Shown: positions 26,604 through 36,095 of the stretch, one piece after another
How positions within the stretch are numbered: the stretch's first letter is position 1
How the letters are laid out: each line of letters begins with the position of its first letter
NCBI GenBank assembly: GCA_043812455.1
Contig: JBDRMB010000027.1
Span: 1-61,351, forward strand
From: an archaeon
Lineage (GTDB): Archaea; Nanobdellota; Nanobdellia; Woesearchaeales; GW2011-AR9
Length of the DNA: 61,351 nt
Reading direction: 5' to 3'
Notes under the pieces: generated by a model
The model's database searches: none
What the model was told of the DNA's origin: nothing
What the model saw: the letters and a program-made list of their open reading frames with translations, nothing else
Translations under genes and position numbers: made by a program

Positions 26604-27608
26604 TTAACCCTTTCTTTTTAATATCTCATTGACTCTTGTGACTCCTATTCCTGCTCCACTTTTGAAGGCATCTGGGCGGTAATTTTGATATGTAAGGTTT
26701 CCACCCCCACAAAGTGCACCATCAAAGCTTTTATCTCTGACATCAAACATCATCTTATCACAAGCATCCCAACTTTTTGACATGAAAGGCAAAATTTTTA
26801 TTTGCATCTCTCTTTGTAATTGTTCATATAACCTACCCAAGTTTTCAACACCTTGTTGATAGGTTTCTGAACCACTTGCGTGTTTTCTCAATGAACCAAT
26901 AGTTAATTCATCTTCATGAATTAGGGATAAAAAATCTCCAACTTCTGAAGAAACTGATGGATCTGTCCCTCCATTATCACTATATAATTTTACAAATTTT
27001 TCAGGAGAATCATCTGATTTATCAATTATCTTTTTAATTATTTTTTGTTCTTCTGGTGAAAATTTACCTATTAAACCTTTTAATAACCTTTTATCAGCGA
27101 TTCTAATCGTAGCTGTATCTAAACCTGATGACCTAATTAGTTCATTCGCTGTTCTGATTGCTTCAAGACTTGATTCAAGTTCAGAGTAATTAAATATTTC
27201 AAATCCAATTTGCCAAAAATTTCTAGTTTTGCCTTTACTAACTTCTGATGGATCTTCATTTCTTACAAATTGTGAAGAATAAAATATCTTTGCTCGATCA
27301 ATATTGTTTCTGCTGATGTAATCATAAACTCTCATAGTTCCTTCAGGCAAGATGGTAATATCCCTTTCTTCACCATTGAGTTCAACATATGATAAATTAT
27401 CCATGAACCTTTCGCCGAGAAATTCTAAATTTCTAACATATAATTGATCTTTGGTCAAAAGTCCAAAATCTAATTGGTCAAATCCTCTCTGGTCAAGGAC
27501 ATCTTCCATTGATCTTATAATCTTTCGAAGAAGTCTAGCTTCTTCACCAAAATGTTCTAAAACTCCTGGTACTAAGCAAGTACCTTCTTCAGTTTGCAAA
27601 TAACTCAT
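26604..27608 (-). CDS. HisRS catalytic-core paralog (HisZ-like) with no anticodon-binding domain
   Basis: LPEGT, motif 2 FVRNE...NFWQIGFE, motif 3 LCGGG...GAGIGVTRV; the protein ends right after motif 3. Confidence 0.7.
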   Translation of the reverse strand: MSYLQTEEGTCLVPGVLEHFGEEARLLRKIIRSMEDVLDQRGFDQLDFGLLTKDQLYVRNLEFLGERFMDNLSYVELNGEERDITILPEGTMRVYDYISRNNIDRAKIFYSSQFVRNEDPSEVSKGKTRNFWQIGFEIFNYSELESSLEAIRTANELIRSSGLDTATIRIADKRLLKGLIGKFSPEEQKIIKKIIDKSDDSPEKFVKLYSDNGGTDPSVSSEVGDFLSLIHEDELTIGSLRKHASGSETYQQGVENLGRLYEQLQREMQIKILPFMSKSWDACDKMMFDVRDKSFDGALCGGGNLTYQNYRPDAFKSGAGIGVTRVNEILKRKG

Positions 27609-28693
27609 TTTCTTCCCTCCTCTAAGTAGTTCATTAACATGAATCTCTTTGTTTCGTCAAGTTTTTGACTCGTAACTTTTCGTGCTTTTAGGTTTCCAGC
27701 TACTAGAATCTGCATTACATCATCATCAGAAATTGTTGCTCTTTTTGCACGATATTCTTCATAAACTGCAGAAATCTTATCTGGCAGTTTCATCTTACAA
27801 TCATAACATCTGATAGAAGCATTACGACAATCTTGGAGAATTTCTAAGTCTTCTTTCTTGTTGAAAATCTTTTGTAAATCATAAACCGGGCACTCAAAAG
27901 GATCTCCAAGGTCAGTAAGACGTTTTCTATAAGTTAAAATTCTATTAACCTTTTCAGTAATTTCTGTAGTTGTATGCCTTGGTGAAATTTCATTGCCATA
28001 ACTTTTACTCATCTTTCTGCCGTCGATTCCTCGGACTCTTTTTGCTTCACTTAACAATGCATCTGGTACAACCATTAATTCACCATATTGGCGATTGAAC
28101 TTTCTTGCAATTTCTCTAGTAAGTTCAATGTGTGGTAATTGGTCTTCACCAACAGGAACATGGGTTGTATTATAAAGTAAAATATCTGCAGCTTGTAGAA
28201 CTGGATAGGTTAAGAAACCAGTAGAAACTTCTGAACTTGCAATAAATTCTAATCTTTCATCACCATGTAATTCTCTAGTCTCTTTAGAACTTTCACTCAC
28301 CGGAACTTTAACTCTTCTGTCACCAGCAAGATGTTCAACATAGGCTTTGAATGTTGGCATACGTTCTAAAGCACCAATGTTAATCAGCCTTTCAAGAATT
28401 ACTGCTAACTCGGAATGTTCTGGAACATAAGACTGAACAAAGATTGTTGATTTGTTTGGATCAATTCCAAAAGCTAACCAATCCTTAACCATCTCTAAAG
28501 TATTTCTTCTTAATTGTCTAGTGTCGGTTTCGGTTGTAACGGCATGTAAGTCAGCAACAAAATAGAAGCAATCATAATTTTCTTGTAGCTCAACCCAATT
28601 TCTAAGCACACCTTCAAAGTGACCTATATGCAGATCACCTGTGGGCCTCATCCCGCTGAGAACGGTTCCTTCTAAGTTTGATTTGGTTGTCAT
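27605..28693 (-). CDS. trpS: Bacterial-type tryptophanyl-tRNA synthetase
   Basis: SGMRPTGDLHIGH, YPVLQAADILLY, VPVGEDQLPHIE and KMSKSYGN; likely start ATG 28693, in frame with the track ORF starting at 28789. Confidence 0.92.
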   Translation of the reverse strand: MTTKSNLEGTVLSGMRPTGDLHIGHFEGVLRNWVELQENYDCFYFVADLHAVTTETDTRQLRRNTLEMVKDWLAFGIDPNKSTIFVQSYVPEHSELAVILERLINIGALERMPTFKAYVEHLAGDRRVKVPVSESSKETRELHGDERLEFIASSEVSTGFLTYPVLQAADILLYNTTHVPVGEDQLPHIELTREIARKFNRQYGELMVVPDALLSEAKRVRGIDGRKMSKSYGNEISPRHTTTEITEKVNRILTYRKRLTDLGDPFECPVYDLQKIFNKKEDLEILQDCRNASIRCYDCKMKLPDKISAVYEEYRAKRATISDDDVMQILVAGNLKARKVTSQKLDETKRFMLMNYLEEGRK

Positions 28694-28790
28694 TTTAGAA
28701 TTAATTTGTGAAATCCTTTTAATCTCCCTTTCCCCAGAAATCCCGCAAGAATTTCGTGAATTTTCCGACAGTTTATAAAAAAATGACAAC

Positions 28791-28811
28791 CTTCCGGAAA
28801 ACTTCCGGAAG
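28791..28811. promoter_or_regulatory. Tandem palindromic operator-like site
   Basis: CTTCCGGAA-AA-CTTCCGGAAG, 11-bp period, between divergent trpS and lrp. Confidence 0.45.
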
Positions 28812-28858
28812 ATTTAGAAATATCTTTTTTTAAAACAAAAACAAACAAAAAAGTTAAC

Positions 28859-29293
28859 ATGAATGATAAAGAGCGTGAAATTATTTCTGAATTAAGAAAA
28901 GATGCTAGGACTAGTCTTGCTTCAATTTCTCATCAAATAAATATGCCAGTGTCAACAGTTTATGATAAAATAAACCGTTTTAGTAAGAATGGTATTATCA
29001 AGCGTTACATAGCCATTGTTGATTTTTCCAAACTTGGTTATAATTATCATGCTAAACTTGCAGTCAAAGTGAACCGTACCCACAAGGAAGATCTTCTTCT
29101 CTTCCTACAAAAGGTCTCCTCCATTAATTCTCTTTATGAGATTAATGGGGGCTTTGACTTTTTTATTGAAACTGTACATAAAGATATCAAAGAATATATT
29201 GAGTTTTTGGAAGAATTAAATAATAAATTTGATATTGTAGAATTACATGAATATCAAGTGATAAATGACTTAGTAAAAGAAAACTTCATCTAA
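28859..29293 (+). CDS. Lrp/AsnC family regulator
   Basis: LRKDARTSL HTH; VDFSKLGY; C-terminal RAM-like domain. Confidence 0.9.
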   Translation: MNDKEREIISELRKDARTSLASISHQINMPVSTVYDKINRFSKNGIIKRYIAIVDFSKLGYNYHAKLAVKVNRTHKEDLLLFLQKVSSINSLYEINGGFDFFIETVHKDIKEYIEFLEELNNKFDIVELHEYQVINDLVKENFI

Positions 29294-29360
29294 TTGAACT
29301 GCTTTAAAATAATTATTCTTATTTATTATAAAGTTAAATAATCATTAACGTTTCTTATTT

Positions 29361-29810
29361 TTATTGAGTAACAATACTGAATCCCTCATGTTTGATTTCT
29401 TCGATGACATAAAAGTTTTGAATGTTAATGATCTCAAACTTTTCTTGTAAAGTTTCAATAAACTTTTCACTATGTTTAATGCTTTTAAATATCCCTTCAA
29501 TAAGAAAATTACCATTATTAGCCTTAAATAAAGAATTAACATTTTCATTGAATTCTAAATGTTTTTTGAGTCTATCACGATCTTTTTGGGTAACTTGAAG
29601 AATTATTTGTGATTTAATTGGATATCCTAATTTTTCAAATTCAATTAAACAGCTAAACCTTTTTATAACTCCACTACGGTATTCTTTAATTTTATCAAAA
29701 ATGGTAGATACCGGGACATTAGTATCTCTAGAAAGCTTTGTGAGTTTGGTTCTAGAATCTTCACGCAGCTTGGATATTAGTAACAAATCTTTCTGGCTAA
29801 GACTTTCCAT
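29361..29810 (-). CDS. Lrp/AsnC family regulator
   Basis: LREDSRTKL HTH; IEFEKLGY. Confidence 0.9.
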   Translation of the reverse strand: MESLSQKDLLLISKLREDSRTKLTKLSRDTNVPVSTIFDKIKEYRSGVIKRFSCLIEFEKLGYPIKSQIILQVTQKDRDRLKKHLEFNENVNSLFKANNGNFLIEGIFKSIKHSEKFIETLQEKFEIINIQNFYVIEEIKHEGFSIVTQ

Positions 29811-29896
29811 AATCCCCCATTTAAAGCTATAAGGTTAAGAAAGATATATACTTAACCAATATATTTTTATATTAGTACTGATTGTATGTATTTTTA

Positions 29897-30856
29897 ATGA
29901 GTAACCGAAAGATAGTAAAATCTGGGAATAGTAGTTTTGTTCTTTCTTTACCTATTAATTGGGTCCGAGAGAATGGTTTAGGCTCAGGAAGGATAGTTGA
30001 TGTTAATGAAGATGAGTTAGGAAATTTAGTGATAAGTCCAGTTACAGAAAAAAAACTTGAGAAAAAAGATATTGTTGTTATCAAGGTTGATGGTAAAGAA
30101 CATGATACAATTAAATTTGAGCTTTTTTCAGCTTATGTAAGGGATTCTTCTTCAATTATATTTGAAGGGAAAGAGATTCCAATCAAAGCAGCAAAACTTT
30201 TGGAAAAAATAAATTCTTTGATTGGGTTGGGAGTAATTGAACAAAGCACTAACAGCATTACAGCAAAAAATTTTTTTTCATTAGATAAAGAATTGTCTCC
30301 GAAAGTCTTGCTTAGAAAAATGGATATTGTTAATCGTGCAAGTTTTTCATTATTAGGTAATTTTTTCAATAAAAATTTTGCCCAGGAAGATTTCTTTGAG
30401 CTGCGAAAGTTGCACGAGCAAAACAAAAACCTTTTTACCTTAATCAGAAAATGTATCTTAAAGTTATTAGAGAATCCTAATCTGATGAATTCAATGCAAA
30501 CTAATCATATTCAAATTAATAAAGAACGGATTTTTGCTCAGAATTTAAGAAATATTTCTTTAATGTTACAAGTAATAGGTGGATCTTTCTTATTTTTGGA
30601 TGCTAAAAGTCCTGAAGCAAAAGAATTGAAAAAATATTTTATGGGTATTGAAAAGGATTACCAAAGGATGATCAATGCAACTGAAAATAATTCTTATGAA
30701 CTGATTTATTCATTACTCAATGATTTTGATAAAAGAACTAGAGAAATAGATAATTTTGTAAAATCTCTTAGCGATCCTCTTGCTGTAAGAATAACAACAT
30801 CATTTTTAACGATGTATCGGAATATTAAGGATTATTCAATTGAATCATCGACATAA
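29897..30856 (+). CDS. AbrB/PhoU-type regulator
   Basis: RKIVKSGNSSFVLSLPINWV AbrB N-terminus followed by helical PhoU-like repeats. Confidence 0.8.
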   Translation: MSNRKIVKSGNSSFVLSLPINWVRENGLGSGRIVDVNEDELGNLVISPVTEKKLEKKDIVVIKVDGKEHDTIKFELFSAYVRDSSSIIFEGKEIPIKAAKLLEKINSLIGLGVIEQSTNSITAKNFFSLDKELSPKVLLRKMDIVNRASFSLLGNFFNKNFAQEDFFELRKLHEQNKNLFTLIRKCILKLLENPNLMNSMQTNHIQINKERIFAQNLRNISLMLQVIGGSFLFLDAKSPEAKELKKYFMGIEKDYQRMINATENNSYELIYSLLNDFDKRTREIDNFVKSLSDPLAVRITTSFLTMYRNIKDYSIESST

Positions 30857-31876
30857 TTTACACTTAGATTTTCCTGTACTAACGATCATGATTTTTTTGT
30901 TCTTTGGGATTTTGTCTTTCATCTGTAAAAGCATGCCTAAACCAGCGATGCCGGAAGGTTCACAATTAATTTTTTGTTCTTTTGCAATCTGCAAAGCTTC
31001 GTTAAGGTACTTTTCTCTTAATAAGTAAACCATTGACTCTTGACCGCAGTAACCAGCAGATTTGTAAACTCTTAACCATTGTTCATCAAAGTAAGTAAAT
31101 GGCCGGTGTGGAGCGTAAAGCTTGTCTGCTTTACTTTTTGGGTCGTTAACCGTTGCACCAATGAAATTACAATTTTTCAGGATTTTAACATCACCAGTAA
31201 ATCTAGGATCATGATTAGTTGTTGCAACTTCTTTCTTGTTGATATTAAGAATGTTTTTGAACAAGTGTCCACTACCGAAAGGAATGAAACAATAATCAGG
31301 GGATTGGTTAATAACTTCATAGCTTAACCAATCGTAATATCGTGTTCCTGGGTCTAAACCTTCACTCGAAGTTACGTCAATACCATTTGCATTATCTGTC
31401 AGTTCAAGGATATCTTTCCAATCGAGAGGTTTTCTGGAAAGATCCACCATATAAATCTCACAACCTAAACGTTCTAATTCATGGACAATATTTTCATTTA
31501 AATTCAGGTCAACCAAACATTTTAATGCCGGTAACTTGTATTTGCTTAACATGCTTTGGATAGCTATTCCAGCAGACCCAGAAGTTATGATTGATAATCT
31601 GGGTAATTTTTCTTTAACTTGATCATTTTTTTTTGCTAATAGAAAATCTTTGTAAGTAACTACCATTTCCCATGCCATTCTATCTTTATGTGTGCCAGTA
31701 GGATTATGACTTTCATCTTTAAGCCATACTTCTTTAAAACCGGGAATACTAATCTTATATGTTGGTGTTGCTGGGAATTTTGGATCATCTGGTGGAAATT
31801 CTGGTTTAGCTGGATCATTCTCAGAAGCAACACGAATTGAATATAGAACTTTTCTTTCCTTTTCGTTCAGAACCAT
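30845..31876 (-). CDS. Fold-type II PLP-dependent enzyme (threonine synthase/dehydratase-like)
   Basis: WLKDESHNPTGTHKDR, TSGSAG, PFGSGHL and CEPSG motifs. Confidence 0.85.
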   Translation of the reverse strand: MVLNEKERKVLYSIRVASENDPAKPEFPPDDPKFPATPTYKISIPGFKEVWLKDESHNPTGTHKDRMAWEMVVTYKDFLLAKKNDQVKEKLPRLSIITSGSAGIAIQSMLSKYKLPALKCLVDLNLNENIVHELERLGCEIYMVDLSRKPLDWKDILELTDNANGIDVTSSEGLDPGTRYYDWLSYEVINQSPDYCFIPFGSGHLFKNILNINKKEVATTNHDPRFTGDVKILKNCNFIGATVNDPKSKADKLYAPHRPFTYFDEQWLRVYKSAGYCGQESMVYLLREKYLNEALQIAKEQKINCEPSGIAGLGMLLQMKDKIPKNKKIMIVSTGKSKCKLCR

Positions 31877-32012
31877 TTGTATATTAATATATGGTTGAAA
31901 TATAAATAATTAACGGTAAATTTAGCAGTAAATATTGAAATAGCCAGTTGAATATATAATCTATAGAAAACTTAAGTTTAATTATGATTATTGTTTAGCT
32001 ATTGTTTTAATA

Positions 32013-32075
32013 ATGTTCCTTGAAATTATTGTTGCGGTGGTAATTGGCGTTATCAGTGGTATCTTTACAGGCTGA
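32013..32075 (+). pseudogene. Orphan 5' fragment of a tctA-like gene
   Basis: MFLEIIVAVVIGVISGIFTG* versus MILEIVLAMALGVLSGIFTG at 34861; shared core GGTATCTTYACAGGC. Confidence 0.7.
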
Positions 32076-32226
32076 GTTTGGCTTTGGTCATTAAAATTTT
32101 CTAATTTTTGTTTTTGTGTGTCGGAATGGCGTACAAATTATTTATACTAGAAGTTGTAGAAAAACTAATGATCTTAAGGCGAAAACTTAAGGTTTTGAAA
32201 TGTAGAGGTAACGCGCTCTCGATGAC

Positions 32227-32748
32227 TTATGCATCAAAGAAAAGACAGTGATTTTCATCAATTGCTTTGTTTGGTAAATCTAAAGTTTTATGATAAAATA
32301 TCACGCAACCATATGGTTCATTATTTTTTTGTTTCCATATTGTTTTAACTACATCATCTCGAGAACTTAAATCAGTAGGCGGTCTATGTAATTCAGCTCC
32401 CCAAAAGACATATTTGTCCGCAGGAAATCTTTCCATTATTATTCTAGAAAGTTGTTGGAAATCTAATCTTTCTCCAGATTCATAATCTGATGCATAATTT
32501 CCAGAATGTGTTAAAAATACTCTACCTTTCCAATATGCACTATCTAAATCAAGTTTTTCTTTTGCAACATCAATATCAGGTTTATGCTCTTCTTGGGGTA
32601 CATCAGGTTGATCCACTAAGAGAACATGTTCTAGTCCTAAATCTGATAGTCTTTCATCTCTCTTTCTAGCATAATCTTCATTTCGGTCATAAATACCATA
32701 AGCATTATGAGGATGTATTGCCACAAAAACAACTTTCTCTTCTTTCAT
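32227..32748 (-). CDS. Hypothetical protein
   Basis: 173-aa ORF tightly packed with its neighbours. Confidence 0.65.
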   Translation of the reverse strand: MKEEKVVFVAIHPHNAYGIYDRNEDYARKRDERLSDLGLEHVLLVDQPDVPQEEHKPDIDVAKEKLDLDSAYWKGRVFLTHSGNYASDYESGERLDFQQLSRIIMERFPADKYVFWGAELHRPPTDLSSRDDVVKTIWKQKNNEPYGCVIFYHKTLDLPNKAIDENHCLFFDA

Positions 32749-32752
32749 TTCC

Positions 32753-33505
32753 TTACCTATTAACTACAACCCCATATCTTTCTCGGACAGCAGGTGATTT
32801 TGAATATTCACTTGTAGGACATACTTTCTCACGAGCAGCACTTACAACTTCTAATTGAGCAAAACCCCTTAACTTGTCCCATGCTTCACGATTTTTAGCA
32901 ACAACATCTTCCCATTTTGGAAGATCATTTTCCATGTTGGCAACAACTTGGTCCATATCTAAGAACATAATTTCACTTGCAGGTTTAACTTCTTGCAATA
33001 TCCCTTTATTGACATTAGGATAACTTTCATTGGGAACTAACATTCCTATTGCTTCATAGTAATCGTTAGGATTTTCCTTTAGATACTCAACCAAGCTCAA
33101 AATTGAACTTTGGTCTGCTACAATAGTTAATGAAGGAGTAGCTCCTCTTCTTCCAAAATTATCAGGAACTGATGCTTTTATTTCAAGTCTAACAAAATAA
33201 GGTGCACTATCATCTGTTCTTTCAATTAATTCTGCAAGTGATCTTTTAGTAGGAAATCTTCCATACATCACAATTTCATTATCATCTTTATCTGTTCCAG
33301 AAAGACCATAATCTGCTTCAGCAAAAACTCCTAAAAAAGATTTCAAATTATTACCATTAGTTATAGGATTTGCAACATTATAGAAAGCTCTGACATAACA
33401 ACTTTCATCACCAGTATCGTTAAGATCAGGTCTTCCACAAGCATGATGATATAATTCCCAACCTCCTTTTTGCATGAGATTTTCAATAATTTGATTTAGT
33501 TTCAT
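32753..33505 (-). CDS. Hypothetical protein
   Basis: 250-aa ORF, 3-4 bp from the adjacent genes. Confidence 0.65.
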   Translation of the reverse strand: MKLNQIIENLMQKGGWELYHHACGRPDLNDTGDESCYVRAFYNVANPITNGNNLKSFLGVFAEADYGLSGTDKDDNEIVMYGRFPTKRSLAELIERTDDSAPYFVRLEIKASVPDNFGRRGATPSLTIVADQSSILSLVEYLKENPNDYYEAIGMLVPNESYPNVNKGILQEVKPASEIMFLDMDQVVANMENDLPKWEDVVAKNREAWDKLRGFAQLEVVSAAREKVCPTSEYSKSPAVRERYGVVVNR

Positions 33506-33508
33506 TTT

Positions 33509-34438
33509 CTATTCTTCAACAGGATTTCCTATTTCATCTATATCCCAAACATAACGATGGGGACTATCAATTTTTTCGTTAGACCAATACTGAGAAACAA
33601 AGCTAATTCCTTCTGGACTCATTAATGCTTTTTCTACTGTCTCATATTTTCCTACCAATTCTTCCATTTTTTCTGCTAATTCGTTAATTGTTAAAGTTCT
33701 ATAATCAGTTGTAAGCTGTGCATTACTTGGGGCAATTCCAATATCTTCGGCAATTTGATGTTGCACAATAATTTCCATTAAAGTTGAGGGAAGTTCAGTT
33801 ATTGCACTACCATATTCCCATAAACAAGTATCGATATCATCATCTTCGGAGGCTCTTTTAACATGTTCAAGTTCATGGATTGTTGTCACTTCCTTAAGTG
33901 CAATATACTTAACCCCATCTAGTTCAACGAATCTATCATTTGCGCTTACTGTTGCTCTGACGTGCCAAGTAGGTTCAGTCACTTCCCAAACTTTACTTCG
34001 GCAATTATAACACAATTTTACTGCATTGCCTTCGAATAAATCATAATCCCTTCTGTACTCATCTAAATAATCTCTTAATACTAATAGAGCATGCCATCTA
34101 GCTTTCTCAGCATATTCTTCTGGAATAAATGCAAAACGTTCATCTCCAAGATAAAGTGCTTTGTGCAATCTCATCAAAGCATGATTTTGAGGAACAAATT
34201 CTTGGAATTCTTTGTTTTCTTGCATATAAATACCAACAATAGGACTTTCTCTACTATGAAAACCATCTCGACCAGCAGATGTATAATTATATTGCTCTTG
34301 CAGTTCTGTTTCTTTGTCAGCTAAAGCTTGTTCAAGGCTTTGTCTATCTGTTCTTTCTTTTAGTAAAGGTAATGCCAGTATTCCTGCCCCGGCAGCCATT
34401 CCACTGAGAAGTATTGCTAATGTTCTTAATCCTGACAT
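33509..34438 (-). CDS. Membrane-anchored protein with an HExxH motif
   Basis: N-terminal hydrophobic anchor, short coiled coil, TIHELEHV. Confidence 0.6.
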   Translation of the reverse strand: MSGLRTLAILLSGMAAGAGILALPLLKERTDRQSLEQALADKETELQEQYNYTSAGRDGFHSRESPIVGIYMQENKEFQEFVPQNHALMRLHKALYLGDERFAFIPEEYAEKARWHALLVLRDYLDEYRRDYDLFEGNAVKLCYNCRSKVWEVTEPTWHVRATVSANDRFVELDGVKYIALKEVTTIHELEHVKRASEDDDIDTCLWEYGSAITELPSTLMEIIVQHQIAEDIGIAPSNAQLTTDYRTLTINELAEKMEELVGKYETVEKALMSPEGISFVSQYWSNEKIDSPHRYVWDIDEIGNPVEE

Positions 34439-34572
34439 CTTTCTTCCCCCAACAATTTCATTGCAGCAATTTCAAAAAAGTGTGATTTACTTCGATAAGT
34501 CTTAGATCTAAGAGAATCTCGAACTTTTTCCATAGTATCTTCATCAATTGTGATGCTTAATCTTTGTCGCAT
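34426..34572 (-). CDS. 48-aa ribbon-helix-helix (CopG-like) protein (not in the ORF track)
   Basis: MRQRLSITIDEDTMEKVRDSLRSKTYRSKSHFFEIAAMKLLGEERCQD*; alternating beta strand RLSITID then S-K-S helix; overlaps the next start. Confidence 0.7.
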   Translation of the reverse strand: MRQRLSITIDEDTMEKVRDSLRSKTYRSKSHFFEIAAMKLLGEERCQD

Positions 34573-34860
34573 GTTATGTCTAAAAGTATTACTTATTTAT
34601 AAATCTTTTGCCTTTTTCATCACAAAATAGTAGTAACAAAAAATGAACTGCAAGACATCACAAAAATCACACCTTGGGAAGGCTGTCCGCAATGAGACGA
34701 GCTTCTCAAACATAGCGATAGCTCTGTTCAAAAAAGATGGAACTATATTTGATAAAATTAATGGGTACTTAACCACCCAGGAGGTACTTAGCCAACGGAG
34801 ATGGCGTTGGTGCACTAAAGTATAGAAAAAATTAAATGGAATTGAAAGAAAAATTAAGGA

Positions 34861-36066
34861 ATGATACTGGAAATAGTCTTAGCTATGGCACTTGGCGTGC
34901 TCTCCGGTATCTTCACAGGCCTTATCCCGGGCATTCACGTAAATTTAATCTCAGTTTTAGTGATAAGTTTCTCAACATTATTGTTGGGCTGGTTCTCTCC
35001 ATTAGTACTTTCAATTTACATTCTCAGCTTAGCGATAACTCATTCTTTCTTAGATTCTTTGCCAAGCATTTATTTAGGTGCTCCTGATGAAGCTCAAGCA
35101 CTTAGCGTCTTGCCTGGGCATAAACTTTTGCAACGTGGAGAAGGACATAATGCAATTGTCTGTACCGTAATTGGTTCATTTGGTGCGCTATTGATGGGGT
35201 TAGGTTTATTTCCCGTATTTATTTTAGGAATGGGAATAATTTATCCACTCATTAAAGCAGGTATTGGTTATATTTTAATTGTTGTAGTGGCAATCTTGAT
35301 CTATCGAGACAAAGGTAAACGTTTACAAAGTTTATACTTATTTTTAATCTCAGGAGTTTTAGGTATTTTAGTATTTAGCATCCCTAACATGAATCAGCCT
35401 CTTTTTCCTATGCTTTCTGGATTATTTGGTTTTTCAATAATGTTAGTTAGTTTAGTACAGAAAGCAGTAATACCTAAACAAGATTTTTCCATCCCATTAA
35501 AATTGGAAGCTAAAGGTGCTTTGAAAGCAGTAACTGCTGCTTCGAGTGTTGGATTTGTTGCAGCATTTCTACCTGGGTTTGGGAACAGTCAAGCAGCAAT
35601 TTTGGCAAGTTCAATTATTAAGGATGCTAAAGAAGAAACCTTTTTGACTTTAGTTGGGGGAATTAATACTGCAAACATGCTAATTAGTATCGGAACTGCT
35701 TATGCTTTATCAAAATCGAGAAATGGAGCAATTTTAGCAATCAGACAATTGTTAGATAATATTGATTTTACTAACATGATCTTGTTTTTGTTAATTGCAG
35801 TGATTGTCGGTGGGATCGCTAGTGTCTTGGCAGTTGTTCTTTCAAAAGTATTTTCTAAATTTGTCAGCAAAGTAAGTTATGTTAAAATTATATTGAGTAT
35901 CATTGTGTTTGTGACAGTTCTGACATTTATTTTTGATGGTTTTATAGGTTTAATAATTCTAATTACTGCTACTGCGATTGGTTTGACAGCATCATATTTG
36001 GGTGTGGGAAAGAATCATTTAATGGGAAGTTTGATTTTACCAGTAAGTCTGTATTTTATCTTATAA
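34861..36066 (+). CDS. TctA-family (tripartite tricarboxylate transporter) permease
   Basis: GIFTGLIPGIHVN, PSIYLGAPD and VLPGHKLLQRGEG motifs; many TM helices. Confidence 0.88.
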   Translation: MILEIVLAMALGVLSGIFTGLIPGIHVNLISVLVISFSTLLLGWFSPLVLSIYILSLAITHSFLDSLPSIYLGAPDEAQALSVLPGHKLLQRGEGHNAIVCTVIGSFGALLMGLGLFPVFILGMGIIYPLIKAGIGYILIVVVAILIYRDKGKRLQSLYLFLISGVLGILVFSIPNMNQPLFPMLSGLFGFSIMLVSLVQKAVIPKQDFSIPLKLEAKGALKAVTAASSVGFVAAFLPGFGNSQAAILASSIIKDAKEETFLTLVGGINTANMLISIGTAYALSKSRNGAILAIRQLLDNIDFTNMILFLLIAVIVGGIASVLAVVLSKVFSKFVSKVSYVKIILSIIVFVTVLTFIFDGFIGLIILITATAIGLTASYLGVGKNHLMGSLILPVSLYFIL

Positions 36067-36095
36067 TTTAATTTTTTAATATCTTTCGCAACTGG

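Noticed and set aside
26604-27608. Calling this gene hisS or hisZ
   Set aside because: It lacks the anticodon-binding domain needed for HisRS, and no hisG or other his genes are in the window.
34797-34815. Fluoride riboswitch (GGAGATGGCGTT start)
   Set aside because: The following bases cannot form the first stem and the downstream GCTGATGAC-type element is missing.
34643-35087. ORFs 34643-34825 and 34836-35087 as genes
   Set aside because: No recognisable motifs; the first spans a repeat-rich non-coding stretch and the second overlaps tctA out of frame.
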